Notes under the pieces: model-generated
Database searches by the model: none
Told to the model about the DNA's origin: nothing
The model's input: only the letters and a program-made list of their open reading frames with translations
Assembly (NCBI RefSeq): GCF_004010195.1
Contig: NC_057753.1
Location: 8,554,985-8,618,984, forward strand
Source: Chiloscyllium plagiosum
Taxonomy: Eukaryota
DNA length: 64,000 bases
Direction: 5' to 3'
Program-made: the position numbers and the translations under genes
In this document: in pieces, positions 26,781-40,560 of the stretch
Position numbering within the stretch: the first letter of the stretch is position 1
How the letters are laid out: the number at the start of each line of letters is the position of its first letter

Positions 26781-27174
26781 CAAATGATGTTTAACTTTGT
26801 ACAACCCAGTCCAAAACCAGCACCTCCAAGTCATCATTTCCTGTCTGTGTATTTGTCCAAATGTCTTTTATTGTTAATGTACCCGCCTCCACCACCTCCG
26901 CGTACAGCTCATTTTATATGCGTGCTACCCTCTGTGTAAAAAAAGGTTGCCCTCTGGTTAATTTTATTTTTCCCCTCGAGCCTTAAACTGATGCACTCTC
27001 ATCTTCGATACTTCAGCCCTGGGAAAAAAGATTGAGTGCATTCACCCTATCCATGCCTCTCATGATCATGTATACCTTCACAAAATTCCCGCTTATTCTG
27101 CGGCCCTGTAGAGTAAGTAATCCTCAATTGTCTAAACATCCTATAACTCAGACCGTTGAGTTCGAACATAGAAC

Positions 27175-27500
27175 ACGGTGGCACGGTGGTTGAGTGGCAC
27201 GGTGGCACTGCTGCCACACAGCGCCAGGGTCCCAGGTTCAATTCCAGCCTTGGGTAACTGTCTGTGTGGAGTATGCACATTCTCCCTGTGTCTGCGTGGG
27301 TCTCCTCCGTGTGCTCCGGTTTCCTCCCACAGTCCAATGATATGCAGGTCAGGTTAATTGGCCATGCTAAATTGCCCATTGTGTAAAGTGCATTAGTCAG
27401 ACTGAAATGGGTCCGGGTGAGTTACTCTTCGGAGGGCCAGTGTGAACTGGTTAGGCCGGAGGGTCTGTTTCCACACTGTAAGGAATCTAATCTAAAAAAA
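27175..27500 (+). mobile_element. Full-length HE1/V-type tRNA-derived SINE
   Basis: B box ggttcaattcc, V-domain-like gtgctccggtttcctcccacagtcc..gatatgcagg and tail aatctaatct. Flanked by CR1 3' fragments (about 26840-27170 and 27503-27705). Confidence 0.85.
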
Positions 27501-27889
27501 GAGCATAGAACAATACAGTGCTGAACAGGCCCTTTGGCCCTCGATGTTGCGCTGACCTGTGCACTATTCTCAGCTTGTCCCCCTACACTATTTCAAAATT
27601 ATCCAGGTGCTTATCTAAGGATTGTTTAAATTTCCCTAATGTGGCAGAGTTGACGACATTAGCAGGTAAGACATTCCATGTCCTTACCACTCTCTGCGTA
27701 AAAAACATTTTCTCTGCATTTTCTCCAACAGCCTACCATGTGGAACCTTATCAAAGATTTTACTGAAGTTCATGAATACCACGTCAACTGCCCTACTCTG
27801 ATCTGCATGTATGGTCACCTTCTCAAAAAGCTCAATGGGGTTTGCGAGACACGACTTGCCCTTGACGAAACCATGCTGACTATCTGAAG

Positions 27890-28559
27890 AAAATCCTGGA
27901 CTAGGATTCCCAAGTCCTTTTGCAGTTCAGATTTATGAATTTTCTCCACATTTATAACATAGCATATGCCTCTATTCTTCCAACCAAACTGTACGACCAC
28001 CCAAGTTGGATTCCATCTGACATTTCTTTGTCCGCTCTCCTAACCTGACTAAATCCTTCTGCAGCCTCTCCACCCCCTCAATATTACCTGTCCCTCCACC
28101 AAGCTGTGTCTCATCTGAAACCTTCGCCAAAATGCCCTCAGTTCCTTCATCGAGATCATTAATGCATAAAAAGAAAATTTGTGGTCCAAAACTAGTATTC
28201 CGGAACTCCACCAGTATCCATATGCGATCTTGAGTAAGACTGTCCCCACTCTCTGCTTTATGTCAGATAGAGAAGATTATATCCATGCGAGCATTTTGCC
28301 TTTACCACATTGGGCACTTATCCTACTCAGCACCACCTGTGTGCCATCTTGTCAAAGGCCTTCTGTTGGTCCAAATCAATAACATTCATTGACTCCTCTT
28401 TGTCAAACCTGTTAGTTACGTCCTCAAATGGTTCAACAGACTTGTCAGCCATTATCCCCCTTGATGAAGCCACGCTAACTGTGTCCTATTTTAACGTGCA
28501 CTTCCAAATATTCAGAAATCCCATCCTTTACAATGGACTGCAAAATGTAGCAAACGACC
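27890..28559 (-). mobile_element. Old CR1 RT fragment, outer layer of a nest (continues at 33689-34455)
   Basis: CINDLDEGTEGILAKVSDETQLGG; the frame logically continues into the NYGLISLT-like region at 33690. Confidence 0.7.
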
Positions 28560-31500
28560 TACTCGAGGAAATAAGGCAGGGCATGTGACTGAGGTGTCAG
28601 TAGGGGAGCACTTTGGGGTCAGCGACCATAATTCTATTCGTTTTAAAATAGTAAGGGAAAAGGATAGACCAGATCTAAACGTTGAAGGTCTAAATTGGAG
28701 AAAGGCCGATTTTGACGGTATGAGGCAATAACTTTCGAAAGCTGATTGGAGGCAGATGTTCGCAGGTGAAAGGACGGCTGGAAACTTGGGAAGCCTTCAG
28801 AAATGAGATAACAAGAGTCCAGAGAAAGTATATTCTTGTCAGGGTGAAAGGAAAGGCTGGTAGGTATTGGGAATGCTGGATGACTAAAGAAATCGAGGGT
28901 TTGGTTAAGAAAAATAGGTAAGCATACGTCAGGTATAGACAGGATAGATCGAATGAAACCTTCGAAGAATATAACGGAAGTAGGAGTATACTTAAGTGGG
29001 AAATCGGAGGGCAAAAAAGGGACATGAGATAGCTTTGGCAAATAGAGTTAAGGAGAATCAAAAGGGTTTTGGCAAATATATTAAGGACAAAAGGGCAAAC
29101 TTGGGAGAGATTAGGGCCCCTCAAAGATCAGCAAGGCTGCCATTGTGTGGAGCCACAGAAAATGGGAGAGATACTAAACAAATATTTTGCATCAGTATTT
29201 ACTGTGGAAAACGATATGGAAGATATAGACTGTAGAGCAATAGATGGTGGCATCTTGCAAAATGTTCAGATTACAAAGGAGGAAGTGCTGGATGTCTTGA
29301 AACGGGTAAACATAGAACATAGAACATAGAAGAATACAGCGCAGTACAGGCCGTTCGGCCCTCGATGTTGCGCCGATCCAAGCCCACCTAACCTACACGA
29401 GCCCACTATCCTCCATATGCCTATCCAATGCCCGCTTAAATGCCCATAATGAGGGAGAGTCCACCACTGCTACTGGCAGGGCATTCCATGAACTCACGAC
29501 TCGCTGAGTAAAGAACCTACCCCTAACATCTGTCCTATACCTACCCCCCCCCCCTTAATTTAAAGCTATGCCCACTTGTAATAGCTGACTCCATACGAGG
29601 AAAAAGATTCTCACTGTCGACCCGATCTAAACCCCTAATCATCTTATACACCTCTATCAAGTCACCCCTAAACCTTCTTTTCTCCAATGAAAACAACCCC
29701 AAGTGCCTCAGCCTCTCCTCATACGATCTTTCTNNNNNNNNNNNNNNNNNNNNNNNNNNNNNNNNNNNNNNNNNNNNNNNNNNNNNNNNNNNNNNNNNNN
29801 NNNNNNNNNNNNNNNNNNNNNNNNNNNNNNNNNNNNNNNNNNNNNNNNNNNNNNNNNNNNNNNNNNNNNNNNNNNNNNNNNNNNNNACCCTATCTAACCC
29901 CCTGATCATCTTGTACACCTCAATCAAGTCACCCCTAAACCTTCTTTTCTCTAGTGTAAACAGCCCCAAGTGCCTCAGTCTTTCCTCATACGATTTTCCT
30001 TCCATACCAGGCAACATCCTGGTAAACCTCCTCTGCACCCGTTCCAGTGCCTCCACATCCTTCCTATAGTATGGCGACCAAAACTGCACACAATATTCCA
30101 GATGCGGCCGCACCAGTGTCTTATACAACTGCATCATGACCTCCGGACTCCGGAACTCAATTCCTCTACCAATAAAAGTCAGTACGCCATATGCCTTCCT
30201 CACCGCACTATTTACCTGGGTGGCAACTTTCAGAGATCTGTGTACATGGACACCAAGATCCCTCTGCTCTTCCACACTACCAAGTATCCGACCATTAGCC
30301 CAGTACCCCATCTTTTTGTTATTCTTCCCAAAGTGAATCACCTCACACTTAGCTACATTGTATTCCATTTGCCACCTTTCTGCCCAGCTCTGCAGCTTCT
30401 CTTTATCCTGCTGTAACCTGCCACATGCTTCCTCACTGTCAACAACTCCTCCGACTTTCGTATCTTCCGCAAACTTGCTCACCCAACCTTCTAACTCCTC
30501 TTCCAGGTCATTTATAAAAATGACAAACAGCAATGGTCCCAAAACAGATCCTTGCGGAACACCGCTAGTGACGGCACTCCATGAAGAAACTTTGCCATCA
30601 ACTACTACCCTCTGTCTTCTTCCATCCAGCCAATTCCTAATCCAAACCTCCAACTCACCCTCGATGCCATATCTCCGTATTTTCTGCAGTAGCCTACCAT
30701 GGGGAACCTTATCAGACGCCTTACTAAAATCCATATATACCACATCTACCGCTTTCCCCTCATCAACCTCCTTTGTCACCTTTTCAAAGAATTCAATAAG
30801 GTTTGTGAGGCATGACTTGCCCTTCACAAAACCATGCTGACTGTCCTTGATCACATTATTCCTATCCAGATGTTCATAAATCCTATCCCTTACAATTCTC
30901 TCTAAGACTTTGCCCACAACAGAAGTGAGACTCACCGGCCTATAGTTACTAGGGTTATCCCTACTCCCCTTTTTGAACAAGGGAACCACATTTGCTATCC
31001 TCCAGTCTTCTGGCACTACTCCTGTAGACAAAGAGGACATAAAAATCAAGGCCAATGGCTCTGCAATCTCCTCCCTTGCTTCCCAGAGAATCCTAGGATA
31101 AATGCCATCAGGCCCAGGGGACTTATCTATTTTCACCTTTTCCAGGATTTCCAACACCTCTTCTCTACATACCTCCAAGCCATCCATTCTACTTATTTGT
31201 GCCTCAGTATTCTCATCGACAACAATGCCCTGTTCCTGAGTGAATACTGAAGAAAAGTATTCATTCAGTGTCTCCCCAATCTCTTCCGCCTCCACACGCA
31301 ACTTCCCACTACTATCCTTGACTGGACCTATTCCTACCCTAGTCATTCTTTTATTCCTAACATACCTATAGAAAGCCTTAGGGTTTTCCCTAATCCTACC
31401 GACTAAGGACCTTTCATGTCCCCTCCTTGCTGCTTTTAGCTCTCTCTTCAGGTCCTTCCTGGCTACCTTATAACTCTCAATCGCCCCAATTGAACCTTCA

Positions 31501-33690
31501 CGCCTCATCTTTACATAGGCTGCCCTCTTCCATTTAACAAGGGATTCCAATTCCTTATTAAACCACGGCTCCCTCACACGACCCTTTCCTCCCTGCCTGA
31601 TGGGTACATACTTATCAAGGACACTCAATAGTTGCTCCTTGAACAAGCTCCACATATCAATTACACCCTTGCCTTGAAGCTTACTTTTCCAGGGCACACA
31701 TCCTAAGTCATGCCTCACAGCATCATAATTTCCTTGCCCCCATCTATAACTCTTGCCCTGTAGTGCACACTTATCCCTCTCCATCAGTAGAGTAAAAGTC
31801 ACCGAATTGTGGTCACTGTCCCCAAAGTGCTCACCTACCTCTAATTCTAACACCTGGCCTGGTTCATTACCCAGAACCAAATCCAGTATGGCCTCACCTC
31901 TTGTTGGCCTATCTACATATTGTGTCAGGAAACCCTCCTGCACACATTGGACAAACACTGACCCATCTAACGAACTTGAGCTATAGCTTTCCCAATCAAT
32001 ATCAGGAAAGTTAAAGTCCCCCATAACAACCACCCTATTACTTTCACTCTTCTCTTGAATCATCCTCGCAATCCTTTCTTCTACGTTTCTAGGACTATTA
32101 GGAGGCCTGTAAAAAACTCCTAACAGGGTGACCTCACCTTTCCTATTCCTAACCTCAGCCCAAACTACCTCAGATGGTAAAGGTGGATAAATCCCCAGGA
32201 CCTGATCAGGTGTACCCGAGAATTCTGTGGGAATACAGAGAAGTGATTACTGGGCCTCTTGCTGAGATATTTGTATTAGCGATAGTCACAGGTGAGCTGC
32301 CGGAAGATTGGAGGTTGGCAAACGTGGTGCCACTGTTTCAGAAGGGCGGTAAAGACAAGTCAGGGAATTATCGACCGGTGAGCCTGATCTCCGGGGTGGG
32401 CAAGTAGTTGGGGGGAATCCTGAGTGAGACGGTGCACATATATTTGGAGAGGCAAGGACTGATTGGGGATGGTAAACATGGCTTTGGGCGTGGGAAATCA
32501 TGCCTCATATACTTGATTGAGTCTTTTCTTAAGAATTAACAAAGAAGATTGCTGAGGGCAGAGCAGTAGATGTGATCTATATGGACTTCAGCACGGCGTT
32601 CGACAAGGTTCCCCATGGGGTTCTGATTAGCGAGGTTAGATCTTATGCAATGCAGGGAGAACTAGCCATTTGGATACAGAACTGGCTCAAAGGTAGAAGA
32701 CAGAGGGTGGTGGTGGAGGGTTGTTTTTCAGACTGGAGACCTGTGACCAGTGGAGTGCCACAAGGATCAGTGCAGGTTCCTCTATTTTTTGTCATTTACA
32801 TAAATTATTTGGATGCGAGAATAAGAGATACAGTTAGTAAGTTTGCAGATGACACCAAAATTGGAGGTGTAGTGGACAGTGAAGAGGGTTACCTCAGATA
32901 ACAACAGGATCTGGACCAGATGGGCCAATGGACTGAGAAGTGGCAGATGGAGTTTAATTCAGATAAATGCGAGGTGCTCCATTTTTGGAAAGCAAATCTT
33001 AGCAGGACTTATACACTTAATGGTAAGGTCCAAGGGAGTGCTGCTGAACAAAGAAACCTTGGAATGCAGGTTCATAGCTCCTTGAAAGTTGAGTCGCAGG
33101 TAGATGTGATAGTGAAGAAGGCGTTTTGGATGCTTTCCTTTATTGATCAGAGTATTGAGTACAGGAGTTGGGAAGTCATGTTGCGGCTGTATAGGACATT
33201 GGTTAGGCCACTGTTGGAATATTGCGTTTAATTCTGGTCTCTTTCCTATCGGACCGATATTGTGAAACTTGGAAGGGTTCAGAAAATATTTACAAGAATG
33301 TTGCCAGGGTTGAAGGATTTGAAATATAGGGAGAGGCTGAACAGACTGGGGCTGTTTTTCCTGGAGCGTCGAGGCTGAGAGGTGACCTTATAGAGGTTTA
33401 AAAACTTATGAGATGCATGAATAGGATAAATAGGCAAAATATTTTCCCTGGTGTCGGGGAGTCTAGAACTTGCGTGGTATGTATGGAATGAGCTGCCAGA
33501 GGAAGTGGTGGAGGCTGGTACAACTTCAACATTTAAGAGGCATTTGGCTGGGTATATGAATATGAAGAGTTTGGAGGATATGGGCTGGGTGCTGGCAGGT
33601 GGGACTAGATTGGGTTGGGATATCTGGTCGGCATGGATGGATTGGACCGAAAGGTCTGTTTCCATGCTGTACATGTCTACGACTCTGTGA
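28560..33690 (+). mobile_element. CR1 LINE (middle layer), split by a young CR1 at 29311-32175
   Basis: EILNKYFASVFT..EEVLDVLKRV|KVDKSPGPDQVYPRILWE..NYRPVSL..SKFADDTK through to the 3' UTR. Contiguous once the insert and one GGTAAA are removed. Confidence 0.9.
29311..32175 (-). mobile_element. Young 5'-truncated CR1 LINE with a long open ORF2 (partial endonuclease and RT), (ATAGAAC)n tail and 6-bp TSD GGTAAA
   Basis: ORF 29541-32063 has no stops apart from the N gap. TSD at 29305-29310 and 32176-32181. The catalytic motif reads FAEDTK rather than FADDTK. Confidence 0.95.
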
Positions 33691-34455
33691 CCAAGGTCAG
33701 ACTAATTAGCCCGTAATTTCCAGTCTTTTGCCTCACTTCCTTATTAAACAAAAGGTTTCAATTAGAGATTTTAAACTCCTCTGGGACCCTCCCTGTCTCC
33801 CTGAAAGATCGACACTAACGCCTCCACTGTTTCTTTAGCTATATCCTTGAGATCTTTAAGGTGAACTCTATCTGGTGATTTATTCATCTTCAGTCCTCAG
33901 ATACCTTCGTACCTTCTCCTTGTGATAGCCACTATATTCACGTATGTCCCCACACTCCCTCTCCGGCTCTCTTGAATGTTTTTGGCTGTTACCCACATTT
34001 TCCAACGTGAAAACAAAGCACTTGTTCTGTTCCTCCAACACTTCTTTGTTCCCATTACTACTTCTTCAGCATTATTTTCCAGTGGTCCAAGCCTCACTTT
34101 TGCATCTCTTTTGCCTTTTATATACCTGAAGAAACTCTTCCAATCTCCTTTTACATTCCTGGCACCATAACCCTCATATTTAATCTTATCGCTACTTATT
34201 TCTTTTATAGTTGCCTTCTACTGTCTTTTGTTGGTATCCCAAACCGGTCGCATCACATGTCTTTTCACCACAACGTATGATTTCTCTCTTTTCTTTTATG
34301 CTGTCCCCGACTTCCTCTGTCAGGCAAAGTGCCTCGTCCTTCTTTCTCCTGAGAATGGATTTTTGCTGTGTCTCCCGAATAACTCACAGAAATTCCTGCC
34401 ATTGCTGGTCCACTGTCTTTCCTGCTAGATTCCTCTCTGAGTCAATCCTGACCAC
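33689..34455 (-). mobile_element. Old CR1 fragment, outer layer continuation
   Basis: RLGPLENNAEEVVMGTK and related decayed ORF2 linker sequence. Confidence 0.7.
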
Positions 34456-34829
34456 ATCCTCCTTGTCTGAAGAGCTGTCAAATATGCCGTGGTCAAGGTG
34501 CAATATTGATCAGTGTTTAAGCAGAAGACAAAACGACAGAAAAACGAGAGAATTAGCATTGGTCGATCCATTAATGGAGAAAACCTGACCGGCAGAAACA
34601 ACAAAAAGTTGGTCTGAACTCCAAATCTTCGCAGGTCTTGATCAAGGGGAACATTAGGAAAGATATGGGAGGGAAGGAGATGTCATGGAATGGTGAGCCA
34701 GATACATAGAACATGAGTAATTCAAGGGCATCGAATGGAATCTTGATTTTCAAAATGAGAAGCAAATCAAATTGTAAACGCTTGTTATTATAAAAGCAGA
34801 ATTGCATAATAAGTATTTTAATGATTAAA

Positions 34830-35207
34830 TAGATTTTTGAGATTACAAGTACAAAACAATGTACCCCAAATAATTAAAAAAAACCAATCCACCCTCATGT
34901 AGAAATGCATAAATATATATAGAAAAATATACAACTAAAAAAAAACCAAACTGGATGTTTAACTAAATAAATAAATGACCAACAACAAACAAATAACTCA
35001 GCCCAGGCTAACAAAACGCTCATACATTCCCTGTATATTGGACTCGTAAAACATAATCGTTACGGCTATATAAAAGTCCTTGTTGGTGTGGCAGATAAAT
35101 CTGTTTCAAGCTATTCCAAAAAGGGCTGCTATGTCTTGTAAAAATACTCAGTATTGTGGTGTACCATATTTGTGAGAAAATCTAGGGGAATATACTCCAT
35201 AACGATC
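34830..35207 (-). mobile_element. L1/Tx1-clade LINE 3' end
   Basis: The minus strand reads IVMEYIPLDFLTNMVHHNTEYFYKT*QPFLE*LETDLS, resembling the L1 ORF2 C-terminal F.K.W.PF motif, followed by a T-rich 3' UTR. Confidence 0.6.
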
Positions 35208-35694
35208 CCAGCTGGTGCCATTACTAGTCAAGTTGGATCCCAGTCTGAAATGTGGTTTGGCAGATCATATCTTGTTTTGTTTTAATATTGGCAAGATGGT
35301 ATCTCAATGAAAGATAGGCACGCAGCCCTGCAGATTCTTTTAAGAAAGGAATAGAGGTGTTTATTAAAGAGAATTATAGATAATAAAATGAAATAAGGTG
35401 TTATGCAGGTAGATTCAAACATTTCAAAACACACTTTACACGGAAAACTCCATCAATTATATTATTGAAGTTTTTCTCAGTTCAGAACAATGAAAATAAA
35501 TCCTTTATGAAACAAACAAAATAACTCATTGAACAGCACTGATCCCAGAATTCTGCTCTTTTATTAATTTAAGTAAACATCATGTCACCTGTGCCACTTT
35601 TAAAAAAAAAGTAGATAGTTAATTACTGGGGCAATGCAACAATAACGAAAGGCAGGGAAAGCGAAATGGCAGGGAACTAATTTAAAACGAAAAT

Positions 35695-36490
35695 TTAAAG
35701 AAGTGCTGATACTGTAAATCAGAAACAAAAACAGAAATTGCAGTAAAAGTAACTCAAAAGGTCGTGAACATCTGTAGAAAGAAAACAGACCTGTTGAGAC
35801 GGGTCCAGTGACTATTCTTCAGAACTGATTGTTGCTGGGAAGACGTTTGGTATTCATACTGAGGAAGAAGTCGGGGAAGGGAAAGTAGGAAATGAGAGAT
35901 GGAGATAGAGCCCAGAGAGAGAGAGAAAGAAAGCGTTTGGCAGACAACAGCACTGGTAAGGATCAAACAAGAAGAACGAATCGTTAGTATTCGTGACAAT
36001 TTGTGGCTGAAAATGATTTTTTTTTATGTGTTAGCAACGCTTATGATGACAAGTCCTTGTGTATGTGGGTTAGGCTAGTGACATGGGAGAAGACGCTCAA
36101 GCTTTAAAATTATTCAACTCAGTATGCATGCAGAAAGCTACAAAGACCGGCAGAAAAAAAATACGATGTTATTCTTCCAATTTGAGCTGCTCCAGTAAGC
36201 AAATATTCATTCTCAGAAGCTGACATTTTCCCATTCCTTTCTCTGCCCAACTGTGTTGTTGTTCCGACTCTGTGCTCCATATCCAGTTGTATTTTACTTC
36301 AACCCTCCTCCCCAATACCTTCATCAGCACATACACCAAACTTTTCCCAGCTACAAACACCTCTAAAGAAGGATCAAAAGGAACTGAAATTGCAATCTCT
36401 CAATAGATGCTGCGAGGTCTGCTGAGTGATATTTTTCCCGCAATTTCTGTTTCAGATCGTGATTTCCAGCATCCACAGTTGTTCTTCTTG
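35695..36490. mobile_element. Decayed Penelope-like remnant with inverted termini
   Basis: 35700-35830 (gctgatactgtaaatcagaaac..acagaaattgc..actca..aggtc..catct) is the reverse complement of about 36360-36480. Both have eroded CTGAAGA cores. Confidence 0.55.
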
Positions 36491-37439
36491 TTGTTTAGTG
36501 TTTAACTCACTGCTACATCTCTTCCAGTTGTGCCCAACTGGAAGACGTCCTTCTCCTCTCACTGACAGGATTTCCGTTTTTTTTTAATTTTCTTGATCAC
36601 CCTCCTTACCTTTTGCGGCCGAATTGGCCACCTGAAATAATGTACTTATGATGGACAGTGATAAATTTAACATGGAGTTTCAGAAGGTGCACAATGATGA
36701 AAGCATGCTGGGAAATAGAACTCAGCCTTGACTAAAGTGACTGTTCAAACCACATGCTGCAGAATCCAAACTGGTTGCTGCTGCCCACAGGCGGTTTGTA
36801 AACAAACTTGATAGCTGCAGACCCTGCAAAACACACCTGAAGTTGGACTTGAACGGGACAATGGAATGTCACCTTTGGGACAATCGGGAGCATTGAGTCA
36901 TTCACTAGACACGGAGGCACCTGACACCCTTATCTGGAGGAGGCTGTTTACATCTACCGCCTACCATAATGAACACCTAAAGGCACCCTGACATTAATGC
37001 ACGAACATCTTGTTGGCTCTGATAGATCTGGGCAATCCAACCTGATCCATCACTTGGCAGATCGTCAAGACCATCCTAAAATGGCGTGAAGATTCGGAAG
37101 GATAATAATCACCACAAAACCTTACTCAGCGCGGTAAATCGGAAAAAAACACTGAAAGAGAAGACAAATCCAAAACGATCAGTAGTAGAAGAAGAATACA
37201 TCACCACATGGAGCCCGGCCAAGTTCCAGAGTAATGGTATAAAGTTAAGTTAAAGCATACGGGAATTTGCAGTGTGCATCGGTTGTTTATAATTTAATTT
37301 ATTGTCCTAATATTAATTGTGTTCAATAAACGAATATTATTGTTAATAAGAGTCCACTCACGGTTCTTTTGTTGAATATGCGAATTGAAACACATTGTGT
37401 GGCAAGTACAACACTTCGTCAACACTCCTGGTGCTTGAC

Positions 37440-38760
37440 AGTGTAATTTCTGAAATTCGCTTCTATACCCACGTCACATTCCCTATTGACTGCCTGCAAC
37501 TCAATCTATTCCCATGTGAATTGCAAAAAATGTTTCATGCTTCATGTTTTGAATCCACCCAGGATGACGGAGATCTCTGAGACGTTAAACATTTTTCAGA
37601 CAGTTGTTCGTGTTGCTTTCTGAGATTCACACTCAATTCCATGCGTCGTCATACGCACACCTTCGACCTCTTTACTCATCAGCATCACCCTAAGCTTGCT
37701 CTGAGCTGTGCTGTCGTCCAGTTCTACTTCAGTCTGCAGCTCAATGTTCCAACAACAAAAATTTTCATTTCTTTTCAGCCATTAAGGAACACAATATGTA
37801 ATCACTCGGAGATATACTAACTTCCCCCACAGGAGCTATCACATCTCCTATTTCCTCTACCATGTACTCTCCCAGCCAATGTTCTGTACGTAATTATCAT
37901 CCCTTCTGACCTTCGGTTGTCTGATGCTGAACGTTATATACTGAACAAAACACAGTTCTACCCCTCTGCATTCCCAATTTTGAATTTCGGGCACAAATTG
38001 ACGGTGAGTTCTTCTTCCATTGTTTGTGCCTCTGGGACCATTTCTTCAAACAAGAGTCTTCCCCTCTCCCACAGACTGCTTCACTTTCTTAAGTCCGCTC
38101 TCTAACACTGGAGCTCTCCCTCGAGTCTTCTACCTGCAGTTGACCTGTTAATCTGGAAGCAATGATATGAGAATGGCCCCGTTCATTTCAAACTGTCTCC
38201 CTCCGAACTGACTGCATGCTATGTTCTGAGATCCAGACGGACGTTGTAATCAAGTCTACCGCCAAATTAGTGTTGTGGTTGTCCGGAATACAGACCTGTA
38301 CATTGTTGAAGTTCAGCACCAACTTTCACATGCTTCCCTCAATTTTCTCTGGACCATGACCTCACCATGACACACTCGGCGGTTGTATCCACGATGGGTC
38401 ACTAATCTCATTTCATCAAGTGATTTGTCCCCAAATACCCTAAAGCTCACAGAACCCTAAATTCATTTATTCTGCTTCATATCTCTTCCCAAAATCCGCT
38501 GACAGGGCTGCTTTGACAGACCAATTGTTTCTGCATGTTCCTTACCCACAGAATTCTTGTCTTCCTACTGAGCCTCGACTGCTTTCTCCCCTTGTCTAGT
38601 CACTTCCCACTTAGATACATAATTCTTCTTAAACCTTACATAAGTTTCAGAATTTCCTATTCACGGGCTCCAGCCAGCTGCTCTTCACGACAAACCTGTA
38701 ATCCCTTTACATGTCCACCAACCACAATCCACACCCCAAGATGATCTCAGGGCTTCTGTC
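37440..38760 (+). mobile_element. Decayed Penelope-like element, N-terminal and RT region
   Basis: Remnants of DVVIK.....VVVV.NTDLYIVEVQHQLS, LPKI....DRPIVSACS and SLY...P..DLRA, typical of Penelope RT. Confidence 0.6.
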
Positions 38761-39534
38761 TGGGAGAAAAAAGGGGCTAAACTGTTCCGACCTATCACCA
38801 ACATTGGGCAGATGGAAAAAACACGTCTGATTTCTGGATAGGTCAGAGTTAACCTTCCAGAACGCAGTGTATTAAAAAGTTCTGCAATGTCTCTCCATTT
38901 ATCTAATGTACTATCTTCCATTCTTCGTGATAATTGACATGTTCACACTTACCTACATTTCATTCCACGTATGAAACTGTTGTCCATCAAATGAACCTGA
39001 GTGTATCCATTTGTGGATACACTATCTTCTCTTGATAATTTTATTTCTTGCCTAACTTCATCTCAATACCACACTTAACAATATAGTTTTCCACTCCTGG
39101 AAATTATTGATACACGGTGCAAATATTTGAGGACTCAGCACTGCCAGTCACCGTGTCAAAGTTAGAAAGACTGACTTTTCCTAAAGTCTGCTTCTTGTTT
39201 GAATGAATGGAAAGAAAATATCACATTCCCTTTGCCTTCCTAATTATGAGGTGTTCCTAAAACTTAATGTGATTCATATCCCAGGACACCCAGATCTCGG
39301 TGTTCTTAAACAAGTCTTCCATTAAATGGAAGGCTTTTTCTAAAGTTTCATGTCAAACATTACTCGTTCCTCTTTATGCTGCATTTGTCAATGTTTTACC
39401 CATTCACTTCGCATCTCCTACATCACGTAACATGAATACCCGTCTTTATAATTAACTCTCTTTTTTTTAAATGTAAGACTGATCTTATCTGAAAACTTTT
39501 GGAGTACATCTTTCTGTCTATCTCTGTCCCTTGG

Positions 39535-39535
39535 G

Positions 39536-39570
<35 letters not shown>

Positions 39571-39572
39571 GT
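39535..39572. repeat. (TG)n microsatellite
   Basis: Directly visible, with one interruption. Confidence 0.9.
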
Positions 39573-40244
39573 GGTTTCTGCCTCCTCTCTGGCCATATCT
39601 GTGCATTATCACATATATCCATTGGTCTTTTTGAGTTTCATTGTGTTCATTCTGTACCGCAAATTCCTGTCCAGGCATAACAAAACTTCCTTAGTTTCCT
39701 CGTGCGATCCCTTGAAGTTGCAGATAAACCCTCAGTTGTATTACTTTTACAGTTGTCACAGGTGGTCACTTTATCTTCTTAACATTCTGTGGTGATGAAC
39801 AGGGTCTCTAAACTAGATCCCCTTCCCCCCGACAATAATTTTGAATGACTTTACAAGTACGAAGGGAATAATATCTCTCCGCTAATTATGCATTGAACTG
39901 ATGACAGACGGATGTACTGAAACACGCAGACGCAGACAAGTATGCACACACATACAGCACACACAGAAACAGTGACGTATAATAACAAAATAAGGATAAT
40001 AATTGCTTTCTACTAACCTGTCCATGCCCTCCATAATAGCACATACTTCAATCAGGCCAGCCCTCCTTGGAAAACAGCTCAGGATTATCTCGCTTCTCTT
40101 AACAGCTAAGAGCTCAATTTCTGGTAACTTGCATTGAATCTCGTCCAATACTATGTGATTCATCCTCTTGTGACATTTAGAACTGCGCAGAACATTGGCC
40201 TCAGTCTCAATGTGATAAAGTCAAACAAATACCTTATTTTAAAA

Positions 40245-40560
40245 TGTGTTCAGTGCATGTGAGCATGATTGAAAGGCCAATAGTTATTGCACTTTTCTTA
40301 ATTGCCCAGAGGGCGGTAAAGTGCAAACCACATTGATGCGGGTCTAGATTCACTTATAGGCCAGACTAAATAAGGACAACAGATTCCTTCCCTTAAGGAC
40401 ATTATTGAATAAGACGTGTTTTCCACTTCCATGGCAGTGATTTCATGGTCAGCATTATCCTCTTAATTCCAGATTATTTGTAAATAAAAAGTTCAAATTC
40501 TGCCATCTGTCCTGGCCAAATTCGATCACAGATCTCCAGAACGTTACCTAATATTCCTCA
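40245..40560 (-). mobile_element. Deu-domain (SacSINE1-like) SINE
   Basis: The minus strand contains cagatggcagaatttgaac, taatgtccttaagggaaggaatctg..gtcctta..tctggccta..gtga.tctagacccgca.caatgtggtt and gggcaattaag. Confidence 0.65.

Noticed and set aside
29590..30000. Apparent tandem duplication of the CR1 C-terminal segment (EERLRHLGLF...YKMIRGLDR) on both sides of the N run
   Set aside because: It flanks an assembly gap and is most simply explained by overlapping contig ends from a high-copy repeat. It cannot be verified without reads.
36640..37415. Possible solo LTR (TG...CA ends, AATAAA near 37325); similar LTR-like stretches at about 39420-39750 and 41450-42290
   Set aside because: No TSD, PBS or second copy was found in the window, so it cannot be supported.
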